A DNA stretch of 64,000 bases from an uncultured Spirochaetaceae bacterium (GTDB taxonomy: Bacteria; Spirochaetota; Spirochaetia; SZUA-6; RPPD01): positions 26,663 through 90,662 of the forward strand of contig CAZWKE010000004.1 of NCBI GenBank assembly GCA_964634205.1. The letters run 5' to 3'. The position numbers were made by a program, and so were the translations under genes. Below, in pieces: positions 8,781 through 17,566 of this stretch. Numbering within the stretch: position 1 is the first letter of the stretch; every line of letters begins with the position of its first letter. The notes beneath the pieces were generated by a model. It did no database searches. It saw only the letters and a list, made by a program, of their open reading frames with translations, and was not told where the DNA came from.

Positions 8781-11440
8781 TGGGACAGATCGCCGCATGG
8801 TTGAAGGGTACCCTACTACATCAATTCGGCCGCGTTATGGGTGCGGCATTGGGGGTAGCATTGACGGTCGCTTTCATCGCCTCCCTGGGCGCGTTTATGA
8901 CGACGAGCGCTGCCCAGCTGACGCGCAGAGCGGTTCACGACGTGCCGGTGGATTGGCAGGTCCAGATCGCCCCGGGCGCCGACGCGGCATCCGTCCGTTC
9001 CCGGATCGAATCGAGGACGACGGTGTGCCGGCTGGAGCGGGTCGACTACGCTTCGGTGGACGGATTTCGCGCCCGGACGGGCGGTACGGTACAGACTACG
9101 GGCGCGGGCAAGGCCGTCGGTATCGGTGATCATTATTTTCATAGTTTCCCGGCGGAATTGCGGCAGCTGGTGGGAGCTACGCACGGACTGCTGGTCGCCC
9201 AGCAATTGGCGGCCAATCTGCACGTGACGGTGGGGGATACGCTCGAAATCCTCCGTGTCGGGTTGCCCCCGGCAAAGGTGCGCGTGAACGGCGTCGTGGA
9301 CCTGCCGTATGCCGATTCCTTCTTCCAGGCCGTCGGTGTGACGGCGGGACTCGCGCCGCAGGCTCCACCGGACAACGTGGTCATTCTGCCCGAAGCCCTC
9401 TGGGATTCCCTGTTCCGGCAGCAGCAACGCATCAGTCCGGATTCAATACAAACCCAATTCCACCTGCGTCTCGGCCTTTCGCTCCCCGGCGATCCGACGG
9501 CCGCCTATGACAAGGTGAATCGGGAAGTGAAAAAAACGGAGGCGAGGATCGCCGGCGCCGCAATCGTCGCCGATAACTTGGGAACCCGGCTGCTCGCCGT
9601 CAGGGCCGACGCATTGTACGCGCAAGTGCTGTTTCTCTTTCTTGGATTGCCGGGCATGATTCTGGCCGTCCTCCTGACGTTGGCCGGCGCCGCCTCCGGC
9701 GGCCAGCGGCGTGCCGCCGAGCAAGCTCTCTTGCGCACGCGAGGCGCTTCGCCCGCCCGTGTACTGCGAATCCAAGCCTCCGAAGCCGTCATCGTGGGCA
9801 TCGGCGGGCTGGTCGTCGGGGCCGCGCTCACGCTGGCCGCCTCGCGCTGGCTGGGAACCGAAGTCTGGGACCTGTTGCGTTACGGGCCGGGTTGGATCGT
9901 CTTCGCTTCCATTGTCGGGCTGGTTCTCTCGCCGGCGGCCGTCGTCATCCCTGCCTGGCGGGAGTCGCGCCGTTCCACGGTGCTATCGGCTCGCCGGATG
10001 GTAAAGCCTTCCTCCGCTCCGCTGTGGCGGCGATTGTGGCTGGATGCGATCGTTCTGGCGATCGGCGCCGTAGAGTTTTGGCGGACGGCGAGTACGGGCT
10101 ACGCGGTAGTGCTGGCCCCGGAAGGAGTAGCCGCAAGCTCAGTGAATTACGAGGCGTTCATTGCCCCCGTCTGCCTGTGGCTCGGCGGCGTGCTGTTGAG
10201 CGCTCGCCTGTTGGGAGTCGGCCTGAGCCGCGGCCGGCGCGCATTGTCGCGCCTGCTGTCGCCCCTCGCCCGATCTTTGTCGGGAGCGGTCGCCGGGTCC
10301 CTCTCGCGCCGGAAAGGCCTGATGACGCGAGGGACCGTCATGGTCGCCCTGGCCGTCGCCTTTGCCGCGTCCACGGCGGTCTTCGACGCGACCTATAACG
10401 CCCAGTCGCGCGTGGACGCCGAGCTCACCAATGGATCCGACGTAACCGTGACCGGAACAACGGCCGCGCCGCCGAGCGCGAAACTGGCCGAGCTACGCTC
10501 GATTCCCGGCGTCGCGGCCGTCCAACCTATGCAGCACCGCTTCGCCTACGTGGGAAACGATTTGCAGGATTTGTTCGGCATTGATCCCCTCACTATCGGG
10601 GAAGCGACGAAAATTTCCAACGCCTTTTTCGCGGGAGGGAACTCGCGGGAGATGCTGGCCGCCCTGACGCGCATGGACGACGGGGTATTGGTATCTGAAG
10701 AGACGCGTGTCACCTACCAGCTCAACCCAGGCAACCCGCTGAACCTGCGCCTGCAGTCGGCGAAAGACCTTCAGTATCACACGGTGAAGTTCCACGTCGT
10801 GGGGGTCGTGCGCGAGTTCCCCACCGCGCCGAAAGACTCTTTTCTGGTCGTCAACTCGTCCTACCTGGCGCGTGAGACGGCCACCGCCGGCGCGGAGACG
10901 GTACTTATGCGCGTGATGGGCGATCGGAACGCCGTGGCCCGGCGGGCGCGCGCTGTCGTGACCGATCTTCCGGGAGTTAAGGTAACGGACCTGGGATCGG
11001 TGCAGCGGGCGATCAGTTCCAGTCTGACGGCGGTCAGCCTTCAGGGACTGACCCGGCTGGAATTGGCATTTGCCGTACTTCTGGCGGCGGGAGCTGCAGG
11101 ACTGATTCTGGGCTTGGGGCTGTTGGAGAGGCAAAAAATGTTCGCCATTCTCAAGGGGCTGGGCGCCAACGCCCGGCAACTCGGTGCATTTCTTTGGAGT
11201 GAAGCGCTGTTCATGCTCGTTCCGGGGATCATCATCGGCGGACTCCTCGGACTAGGCGTTGCGCAGGTGTTGGTAAAAATATTGACGGGTATTTTCGATC
11301 CTCCTCCTGAAACCCTTACAATTCCCTGGCTGTATCTCGCGATCCTCTGTATCGCAGCCTTCGCCTCGACGGTCGCCGCGGTCGTGACGCTGAGAATATA
11401 CTCGCGCTGTCGGGTGCTGGAAACTCTGCGGGGTCTGTAG
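8777..11440 (+). CDS. ABC transporter permease with two FtsX-like modules (fused MacB-type permease, about 888 aa)
   Basis: One TM helix, a large extracytoplasmic domain and three TM helices, repeated twice (residues ~20-410 and ~420-890). ATGATG start overlaps the ATPase stop. Confidence 0.8.
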   Translation: MMGQIAAWLKGTLLHQFGRVMGAALGVALTVAFIASLGAFMTTSAAQLTRRAVHDVPVDWQVQIAPGADAASVRSRIESRTTVCRLERVDYASVDGFRARTGGTVQTTGAGKAVGIGDHYFHSFPAELRQLVGATHGLLVAQQLAANLHVTVGDTLEILRVGLPPAKVRVNGVVDLPYADSFFQAVGVTAGLAPQAPPDNVVILPEALWDSLFRQQQRISPDSIQTQFHLRLGLSLPGDPTAAYDKVNREVKKTEARIAGAAIVADNLGTRLLAVRADALYAQVLFLFLGLPGMILAVLLTLAGAASGGQRRAAEQALLRTRGASPARVLRIQASEAVIVGIGGLVVGAALTLAASRWLGTEVWDLLRYGPGWIVFASIVGLVLSPAAVVIPAWRESRRSTVLSARRMVKPSSAPLWRRLWLDAIVLAIGAVEFWRTASTGYAVVLAPEGVAASSVNYEAFIAPVCLWLGGVLLSARLLGVGLSRGRRALSRLLSPLARSLSGAVAGSLSRRKGLMTRGTVMVALAVAFAASTAVFDATYNAQSRVDAELTNGSDVTVTGTTAAPPSAKLAELRSIPGVAAVQPMQHRFAYVGNDLQDLFGIDPLTIGEATKISNAFFAGGNSREMLAALTRMDDGVLVSEETRVTYQLNPGNPLNLRLQSAKDLQYHTVKFHVVGVVREFPTAPKDSFLVVNSSYLARETATAGAETVLMRVMGDRNAVARRARAVVTDLPGVKVTDLGSVQRAISSSLTAVSLQGLTRLELAFAVLLAAGAAGLILGLGLLERQKMFAILKGLGANARQLGAFLWSEALFMLVPGIIIGGLLGLGVAQVLVKILTGIFDPPPETLTIPWLYLAILCIAAFASTVAAVVTLRIYSRCRVLETLRGL

Positions 11441-11888
11441 TACGGTTCTCGACCGAACGCCGCATTTGCGACGCCGGAAATATCGCCGGAAGCGATAATG
11501 TGATTTTATTGAACTACAAGATTTCACTATTGGAATGCAAGTAGAGTTGGATGAGATGTATCTTCCGTTGGTGGAAAGTGATAATTACAAACGTTGTGCG
11601 CATCAGTGTGCACTCTATTAACACTCGCCTTGCAGTAATTCTAAATCCGGCAAAACGGTACTAATCTGAAAAAGCGAGCTGAGTGAACATTTTAGAATCT
11701 GAGATTGTGATATCAAGAGGCAACGTCGTTTCCATTATTATTTTCACTATTAATAACTCACATGAAATCTAAAAAAGATACGAATTAGGGTTGCCTTAGT
11801 AAAAATGGCTTTTACAGGGAACAAATTTAAAATTGCAGGTAATGCCCTTTGTCTTAGCCTCCGAAGATGTAGATAAGGAGCGTTTTAT

Positions 11889-12380
11889 ATGAAGGAACTG
11901 AAGCTATTTATCAAAGATATGCAGAATGAGGCGGCCCTGCTGAAAGAGTTTGCCGAGCTTGAAGATCAGATGCAGTTGTGTGCGGGTGAGAACAGGTGGG
12001 AGGATATTGAGCGGGTGATCGGTGAGCTGAAAGGAAAGGCGGGGACATTAAACAGTATTGAGGAATGCCGCTGCGCTTCTTTTGATGCCCTGAAGAAAAA
12101 ACTGGGGTTACCTTGCGAGACCGGATTTTTAAAACTGCTGCCCATTGTACCGGTAACCGAACGGGAACGACTGCTTAGCGCGTACAGAAAACTGAAGGTA
12201 GCGGTTTTTTCGGTCAAAGGGGCAACCACGCGTCTGACCTATTATTTCAGGTCCATGGAGGGCTCGTTCAAAAAGGTCCTGGGCGAGTTGTTCCCCCACA
12301 GGAAGGGCAAGATCTATTCCAAGGACGGCAGACCCAAGAAGGTTCCCGACGACGCCCTGTTATTAAATAAGCACTTATAG
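11889..12380 (+). CDS. Putative flagellar export chaperone (FlgN-like) upstream of flgK
   Basis: 163 aa helical, acidic protein immediately 5' of flgK-flgL, which is the conserved position of FlgN. Assignment is by position and size only. Confidence 0.35.
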   Translation: MKELKLFIKDMQNEAALLKEFAELEDQMQLCAGENRWEDIERVIGELKGKAGTLNSIEECRCASFDALKKKLGLPCETGFLKLLPIVPVTERERLLSAYRKLKVAVFSVKGATTRLTYYFRSMEGSFKKVLGELFPHRKGKIYSKDGRPKKVPDDALLLNKHL

Positions 12381-12390
12381 GAGAAATATT

Positions 12391-14271
12391 ATGCTCTCGA
12401 CATTTTCCGGAATTGAAATAGGAAAGAGGGGGGTGATTGCCCATACCCAAGGTCTCATTACGGTGGGTCACAACCTGAATAATGCCGGTGTTGATGGCTA
12501 TTCGCGGCAGCGGATTGAGTTTTCTGCCGCCGATCCCATCTACCTTCCCGGTTTAAACAGGGAGCAGACCCCGGGACAGATCGGCCAGGGCATGCAGGTG
12601 GAACGCATAGAGCGTATCCGCGATATGCTTTTGGAAGGAGAAATAGTCAAGGAAACCGGGAACCAGGGGTATTGGGAGTCCCAGGATAAATATCTGAAGA
12701 TGCTTGAGCAGGTGTATAATGAGCCGACCGAGCATTCCGTCAGGGCCCTGATGGACAAGTTCTGGGAGTCGTGGCAGGAGCTTTCGGTCAACCCGTCCCA
12801 GATGGCGGCCAGGCAGGCGGTACTGGAACGGGGCCGGACCCTGCTTGACGGTATCCACCATGCCTATCAGAAATTCAGGGGAATTCGCGACATGCTTGAA
12901 GGGGACGTGGTCGGTACGGTGGACAGGGTGAATTCATTGGTGCGTGAGATTGCCGCCTTAAACGAGCAGATCCAGAAGGCGCGTGCCCTGGGAGACAACC
13001 CGAACGATATGATGGACAAACGGGACAAGAATATTGAGGAGTTGTCCAAGCTGATCGATATTACGGTCAATTACAACCAGGACCCGGACGAGTTGATTAT
13101 TTATACGAACGGCCGGCACATTGTGCAGGGCAAGCAGTTCCTGCAGTTTGCCACGCAAAAGACCGAGGCCAACGAGGGATACTCCACCGTCATCTGGAAG
13201 GACACCGGGGAGGCGGAGCAGTTCCGCGGGGGCAAACTGGCGGGATTTCTCCACCTTCGTGATGTTGAGACCAGGGGGGAGATACAAAAACTGGACCTCA
13301 TGACCATGAACTTCATCGACGCGGTCAACGCGGTACACCGCAGGGGATACGGGCTGAATGAAAAAACCGGTCTGGAGTTTTTTAAGGAGTACCCGTATGT
13401 GTTAAACGCAAACGGGAACTATGACCGAAATGGTGACGGCGCTTTTGATTCTTCTTATATCTTTCGAATGGCGGGCAAGAATACCCTTGATCCGCAGGCC
13501 CTGATCGGTATCCGCGGAACAATTACCCTCTCCGGTCCGACCGGGAACGTGACGGTGGATTATTTCCCCACCGATACGGTAAAGGACGTGGTGGCGCGCA
13601 TAAACTTGAGCGGCGCGGAAGTATCCGCGCGCCTGGACGAGGAGGGGAAACTCTCGCTCAAGGGAATGCCCGCCCAGGATACCGACAATCCTGATTTTGT
13701 CATCCGGCATGTTGAGGATTCCGGTGAGTTTCTGGCAGGCTATGCCGGCCTGCTGCAGGCACCCGGCGCGGCCGGGGCCTATAACTGGGCACAGCAGGAC
13801 GCGGTGGCCGCCCTGCGGAACGACGGGGCCACCTTTGCCGTAGCGCCCCTGGCACACCCTTCGGCCTGGATCGAGGTGAACAAGGACCTCGTGAACGAAC
13901 CGGCCTCTATTGCGGCGGCATCCGGGGTAAACGGCAGGTCCCAGGGGCCTGAAGACGGTTCGATGGCGCTGACCATCTCCGACCTGCGCTATAAAAATGT
14001 GATGATCGGCGATACACTTACCTTTGACGGGTATTTTGCCGAACTGGTGGCGTCCATCGGGTTGCGCGGCGAGCAAGCGGGAAAGGTGCTTTCAACGGAG
14101 AATCTTATCCTGAAAAATCATAAAGACCTGCGTGAATCCATTTCAGGGGTAAATATAGATGAGGAACTGACGACAATGTTGAAGTTTCAACACGGATACG
14201 CGGCCTCGGCGCGTTTTATCACCGAGTTCGATAAAATGCTTGACATTATCATTAATAGAATGGGGGTCTAA
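12391..14271 (+). CDS. flgK: Flagellar hook-associated protein 1
   Basis: 626 aa. N-terminal flagellar rod/hook family motif (…GLITVGHNLNNAGVDGYSRQRIEF…) and a conserved C-terminal helical region (…QHGYAASARFITEFDKMLDIIINRM). Confidence 0.9.
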   Translation: MLSTFSGIEIGKRGVIAHTQGLITVGHNLNNAGVDGYSRQRIEFSAADPIYLPGLNREQTPGQIGQGMQVERIERIRDMLLEGEIVKETGNQGYWESQDKYLKMLEQVYNEPTEHSVRALMDKFWESWQELSVNPSQMAARQAVLERGRTLLDGIHHAYQKFRGIRDMLEGDVVGTVDRVNSLVREIAALNEQIQKARALGDNPNDMMDKRDKNIEELSKLIDITVNYNQDPDELIIYTNGRHIVQGKQFLQFATQKTEANEGYSTVIWKDTGEAEQFRGGKLAGFLHLRDVETRGEIQKLDLMTMNFIDAVNAVHRRGYGLNEKTGLEFFKEYPYVLNANGNYDRNGDGAFDSSYIFRMAGKNTLDPQALIGIRGTITLSGPTGNVTVDYFPTDTVKDVVARINLSGAEVSARLDEEGKLSLKGMPAQDTDNPDFVIRHVEDSGEFLAGYAGLLQAPGAAGAYNWAQQDAVAALRNDGATFAVAPLAHPSAWIEVNKDLVNEPASIAAASGVNGRSQGPEDGSMALTISDLRYKNVMIGDTLTFDGYFAELVASIGLRGEQAGKVLSTENLILKNHKDLRESISGVNIDEELTTMLKFQHGYAASARFITEFDKMLDIIINRMGV

Positions 14272-14278
14272 CTGAATT

Positions 14279-15523
14279 ATGAACAGGGTCAGCAGTAATA
14301 TGGCAAGTATGGACGCGCAGTATAATATGATGCTGCGTGAATGGAAGATGAACCAGATGCAGAATAAAATGGGCGCCCAGACAAGAATCAAGGATCTGCG
14401 TGATGATCCCCTGGCCGCGGCACGTTCAACACGCCTGCAGTCGCAGCTTTTTCGCATGGGTAGATATAAAAAGAACATCGAACTGACCCAGGGTAACCTT
14501 AACTATAGTGAGTCGCGCCTGACCAATGCCCTGGAGGTGCTGCAGCGGGTGCGTGAGCTTTCGGTACAGGGGGCCAACGGCGTATACAGCAAGGACCAGA
14601 TGCGAGACATGGCGGTAGAGGTCAACCAGCTGCTGGAACAGCTGGTCTCACTGGCCAACTCGCGGAACGGCATGGGGAACACGGTGTTTTCCGGGTTTGA
14701 GTCGCACCTGGAACCCTTTCTGGTGATGCGCGGCAGGGTGGAAGGCAGCGCGAGTGATTTTATTACCGCCCTGCATTACCGCGGGGACATCGGGAAAAAC
14801 ATGGCCGAGGTATCCGAGAACACCTATGTGCAGATGAACATCCCCGGCAACCAGGCGTTTTGGGCGGAGAACTCCCATGTCTATGCCAATATAGATGCCA
14901 CCACCTACCAGGTCCAGGCCGATTCCACTATTCGCATTGACGGCGTGGCCATAGACCTGGAAGCGGGAGACAATATTTCCGCGATCATCCATAAGATAAA
15001 CGAGGCCCCGCTGGCGGTGCGGGCGCGGCTTGACCCGGTAAAGGATTCTCTGGTGCTGGAAACCACCACCCCCCACGGACTCTGGATGGAGGATGTGGGA
15101 ACGGGTACGGTCCTGCAGGACCTGGGAATACTGCAGAGAGGACGGTCCACCCCTCCGTATAATATCGCCGATACGGCCAATGTATTCGGCGGTTCTATCT
15201 TTGATATGGTGATGGCGGTACGTGACAGCCTCTACAAAGGTGATTCCGAAGGGGTAAACAAGGCCCTGGGAGGGATGGACCTTTCCATCGAGAGTGTTAC
15301 CTCTTCCTTGGCCAAAATCGGTTCACTGGATTCGCGGCTCCGGGTTACGGCCAAACGGCTTGATTATGAAGAGCCTGAAGTGGTAAAATTGAATGCGGAA
15401 GATGTTGATCTGGATGTAACCCAGGCTATTACCGAATTAAAAATGCTGGAATATACGCACCAGGCGGCCCTGGCTACATCCGCACGGGTTTTACGACCCA
15501 CATTATTAGACTTTTTGAGGTAA
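14279..15523 (+). CDS. flgL: Flagellar hook-associated protein 3 (flagellin-like N/C termini)
   Basis: 414 aa immediately after flgK. Flagellin-like N-terminal helix (…MASMDAQYNMMLREWKMNQMQNKM…) and C-terminal helix. Confidence 0.85.
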   Translation: MNRVSSNMASMDAQYNMMLREWKMNQMQNKMGAQTRIKDLRDDPLAAARSTRLQSQLFRMGRYKKNIELTQGNLNYSESRLTNALEVLQRVRELSVQGANGVYSKDQMRDMAVEVNQLLEQLVSLANSRNGMGNTVFSGFESHLEPFLVMRGRVEGSASDFITALHYRGDIGKNMAEVSENTYVQMNIPGNQAFWAENSHVYANIDATTYQVQADSTIRIDGVAIDLEAGDNISAIIHKINEAPLAVRARLDPVKDSLVLETTTPHGLWMEDVGTGTVLQDLGILQRGRSTPPYNIADTANVFGGSIFDMVMAVRDSLYKGDSEGVNKALGGMDLSIESVTSSLAKIGSLDSRLRVTAKRLDYEEPEVVKLNAEDVDLDVTQAITELKMLEYTHQAALATSARVLRPTLLDFLR

Positions 15524-15528
15524 CATCT

Positions 15529-15978
15529 ATGAGAGTGAATACCAAGGCATACGGTCACATCGAAGTGGATGAAAGGCAAAAGATATATTTTCCTTTCGGG
15601 ATTTTGGGATTTGAAAACCTGAAATATTATGTGCTTCTGGATGCCAAGCAGCAGCCTTTTTACTGGCTGCAGTCCATGGACGTGGTTGAGATCGCGTTTG
15701 TGCTTATCGACCCTTCGGTGTTCAGACCCGACTATGTGTTGGATGTCAGTAAAGAAGAACTGGAGGAGATCGGGATAAAAAACAAGGAAGATATTTTGTG
15801 TTTTGCCATTGTGACCATCCCCGACAACCTTTCCTCCATGACTGCCAATCTGCAGGGGCCCATTATCATCGACCGAAGCACACGTGTCGGCAGGCAGTCC
15901 ATTAGTACCGATTCGAGATGGAAGGTTCGCCATCCCATTATGGAAGAACTTGCTTCATTAAGGCAGGAGACATGTTAG
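15529..15978 (+). CDS. fliW: Flagellar assembly factor FliW
   Basis: 149 aa. The FliW signature region (…[19 protein letters not shown]…FYWLQSMD…) precedes csrA. Confidence 0.9.
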   Translation: MRVNTKAYGHIEVDERQKIYFPFGILGFENLKYYVLLDAKQQPFYWLQSMDVVEIAFVLIDPSVFRPDYVLDVSKEELEEIGIKNKEDILCFAIVTIPDNLSSMTANLQGPIIIDRSTRVGRQSISTDSRWKVRHPIMEELASLRQETC

Positions 15979-16235
15979 TACTGGCCAGAAAATTAGATGA
16001 AAGTATTATGATCGGAGACCAGATCGAGGTATCGATTGTTGATATCAAAGGTGACCAGGTTAAAATCGGTATTGCGGCCCCCAAAAATGTCAAGGTATAC
16101 CGAAAAGAGGTGTATCTGGCAATCCAGAAAGAAAATATCGAAGCGGTGAAAGCCAAGCCTGATATTATCCCCGCCCTCAGTAATCTTTTCAAAGAATCCG
16201 CCCAAAAGGGTGAGAAAGATACGAAAAAAGACTGA
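15972..16235 (+). CDS. csrA: Carbon storage regulator CsrA
   Basis: 87 aa from an internal ATG ([48 protein letters not shown]), the canonical CsrA fold sequence. Overlaps the fliW stop. Confidence 0.9.
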   Translation: MLVLARKLDESIMIGDQIEVSIVDIKGDQVKIGIAAPKNVKVYRKEVYLAIQKENIEAVKAKPDIIPALSNLFKESAQKGEKDTKKD

Positions 16236-16352
16236 AACAATAAAATCAGCCGCTACAAAATCTGCGTAATCCGTGTTTCCTGTGTTCCTGTCTTTTTTAT
16301 CCGTGGAGGCCGGACTTCCGGAGCGGCCGTACGCTTTCACTGACAGGTTTAC

Positions 16353-17036
16353 TTATTTTCCCTTATCTTCACCGGCGTTAAGCTCTGCCTCGCTTTTGCG
16401 AAGGTAAAGCGGGCCGATAGCGGGTGAAGCGGCCCCTTGTTGTTCGAATATAAGTTTTCCCAGCTCCAGCAGGGTCCCGCTTTCAACGGGTGTTGCAAAC
16501 AACTGCGGTTCGGTGGTAAGGGGCAGGCCTGCGTCACGGATTTTCTCCAGCGCCGTGCCCGCGTGCGGTCCGGTAAGCAGGACCCCCGGCCGCTCATTGA
16601 TAAGCGACGCCAGTTCCCCGGGGCGGGCGTCACAATAATCTCCCCGGCGTTCTCCGCCTTCGTAAAGAGCACAATAAAAACGGTTTTTTCTGGCATCGAT
16701 CACCGGCAGAACCGGCTGCCCCCACAGGCGGAACCGGTACCCCAGGGCATCCAGACCGGAAATCGCCACCAGCGGACAACCCGTTCCGCTACGGATACCC
16801 TTGGCGGTGGACAACCCGATACGCAGCCCGGTAAAAGAACCCGGTCCCCGGTTGCAGACCACAAGGTCCAATGCCTCCGGTGCAATACCCAACTGATTGA
16901 ACAGAAACTCTATATATGGTATCAAGTTCTCACCATGGCGATACCCCACCTGCGCGGAAACGTTGATGCTGTGCTCTCCGCTTTCCAGTGTTACCGCCAG
17001 ACTTTCCGTTGCCGTATCAATCGCCAGTGTGTTCAT
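16353..17036 (-). CDS. tsaB: tRNA threonylcarbamoyladenosine biosynthesis protein TsaB (YeaZ)
   Basis: 227 aa. N-terminal MNTLAIDTATE… (the inactive Kae1 paralogue signature) and GPGSFTGLRIG. Confidence 0.85.
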   Translation of the reverse strand: MNTLAIDTATESLAVTLESGEHSINVSAQVGYRHGENLIPYIEFLFNQLGIAPEALDLVVCNRGPGSFTGLRIGLSTAKGIRSGTGCPLVAISGLDALGYRFRLWGQPVLPVIDARKNRFYCALYEGGERRGDYCDARPGELASLINERPGVLLTGPHAGTALEKIRDAGLPLTTEPQLFATPVESGTLLELGKLIFEQQGAASPAIGPLYLRKSEAELNAGEDKGK

Positions 17037-17451
17037 GCTTCATTCCTTCTATTTGTATTATACGATCGCCGTTCTGTCGGATTCCGATCCGAATGTTTAT
17101 CGTATCAGCGGGCAGTAACGAACCCGCCTTTTCAGGCCATTCAATTACCGTTATCCCGTTACCATAGAAAAGCTCATCAAGCCCCAACTCATCAAGCTCG
17201 CTTTCGCGGTTGATGCGATAGAGGTCAACATGATGCAGCGGGGGGCTGCTTTCATACTCACTGATAAGGGTAAAGGTGGGACTGGTAACATCCTCAGCGA
17301 TACCCAGTCCCCGGGCAAGGCCTTTTACCAGGGTGGTTTTCCCGGCACCCAGCGGACCCTGCAGGGCAACCACCGCGCCCGGTGTCAGTTGTTGTACCAA
17401 CTGTCTGCCGATCTCGAGTGTTTCTGCTGTTGATGTGCTTGTCTTTGTCAT
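17017..17451 (-). CDS. tsaE: tRNA threonylcarbamoyladenosine biosynthesis ATPase TsaE (YjeE)
   Basis: 144 aa. P-loop GPLGAGKTTLVKGLARGLG plus the TsaE motif SPTFTLISEY. Overlaps tsaB by 20 nt. Confidence 0.85.
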   Translation of the reverse strand: MTKTSTSTAETLEIGRQLVQQLTPGAVVALQGPLGAGKTTLVKGLARGLGIAEDVTSPTFTLISEYESSPPLHHVDLYRINRESELDELGLDELFYGNGITVIEWPEKAGSLLPADTINIRIGIRQNGDRIIQIEGMKHEHTGD

Positions 17452-17566
17452 CAGGATAATTTTTAGAATTTATAGAAAAATGAAATCCGGGTCAATGTAT
17501 AATTGTATAATAGTAAAAATAAACTTGACAAGCAAAGTTTGGAAAAACTACAGTGTAAGAAGAAGT

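Noticed and set aside
8816-11179. Several 100-230-aa antisense ORFs inside the double-FtsX permease gene (e.g. 8816..9427, 9892..10398, 10493..11179)
   Set aside because: They sit wholly within a well-supported 888-aa gene and have Arg/Pro/Gly-rich low-complexity translations.
13402-14076. 224-aa minus-strand ORF inside flgK
   Set aside because: flgK in the plus frame has unmistakable flagellar N- and C-terminal signatures. The antisense frame is His/Arg/Gly-rich junk.
16236-16352. Possible bidirectional terminator between convergent csrA and tsaB (CCGGACTTCCGG palindrome plus T-run at ~16290-16320)
   Set aside because: The stem is short (5 bp) and is separated from the T-run. Too weak to call as a terminator.
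16437-17213. 258-aa plus-strand ORF overlapping tsaB/tsaE
   Set aside because: Antisense to two well-supported genes. The translation is Gln/Arg/His-rich with no motifs.
17276-17566. 5' extension of the GGDEF-EAL-TPR ORF back to 17276
   Set aside because: It would overlap most of divergent tsaE (17017..17451). A promoter-like TTGACA/TATAAT and the first ATG after the tsaE start lie at 17500-17567.
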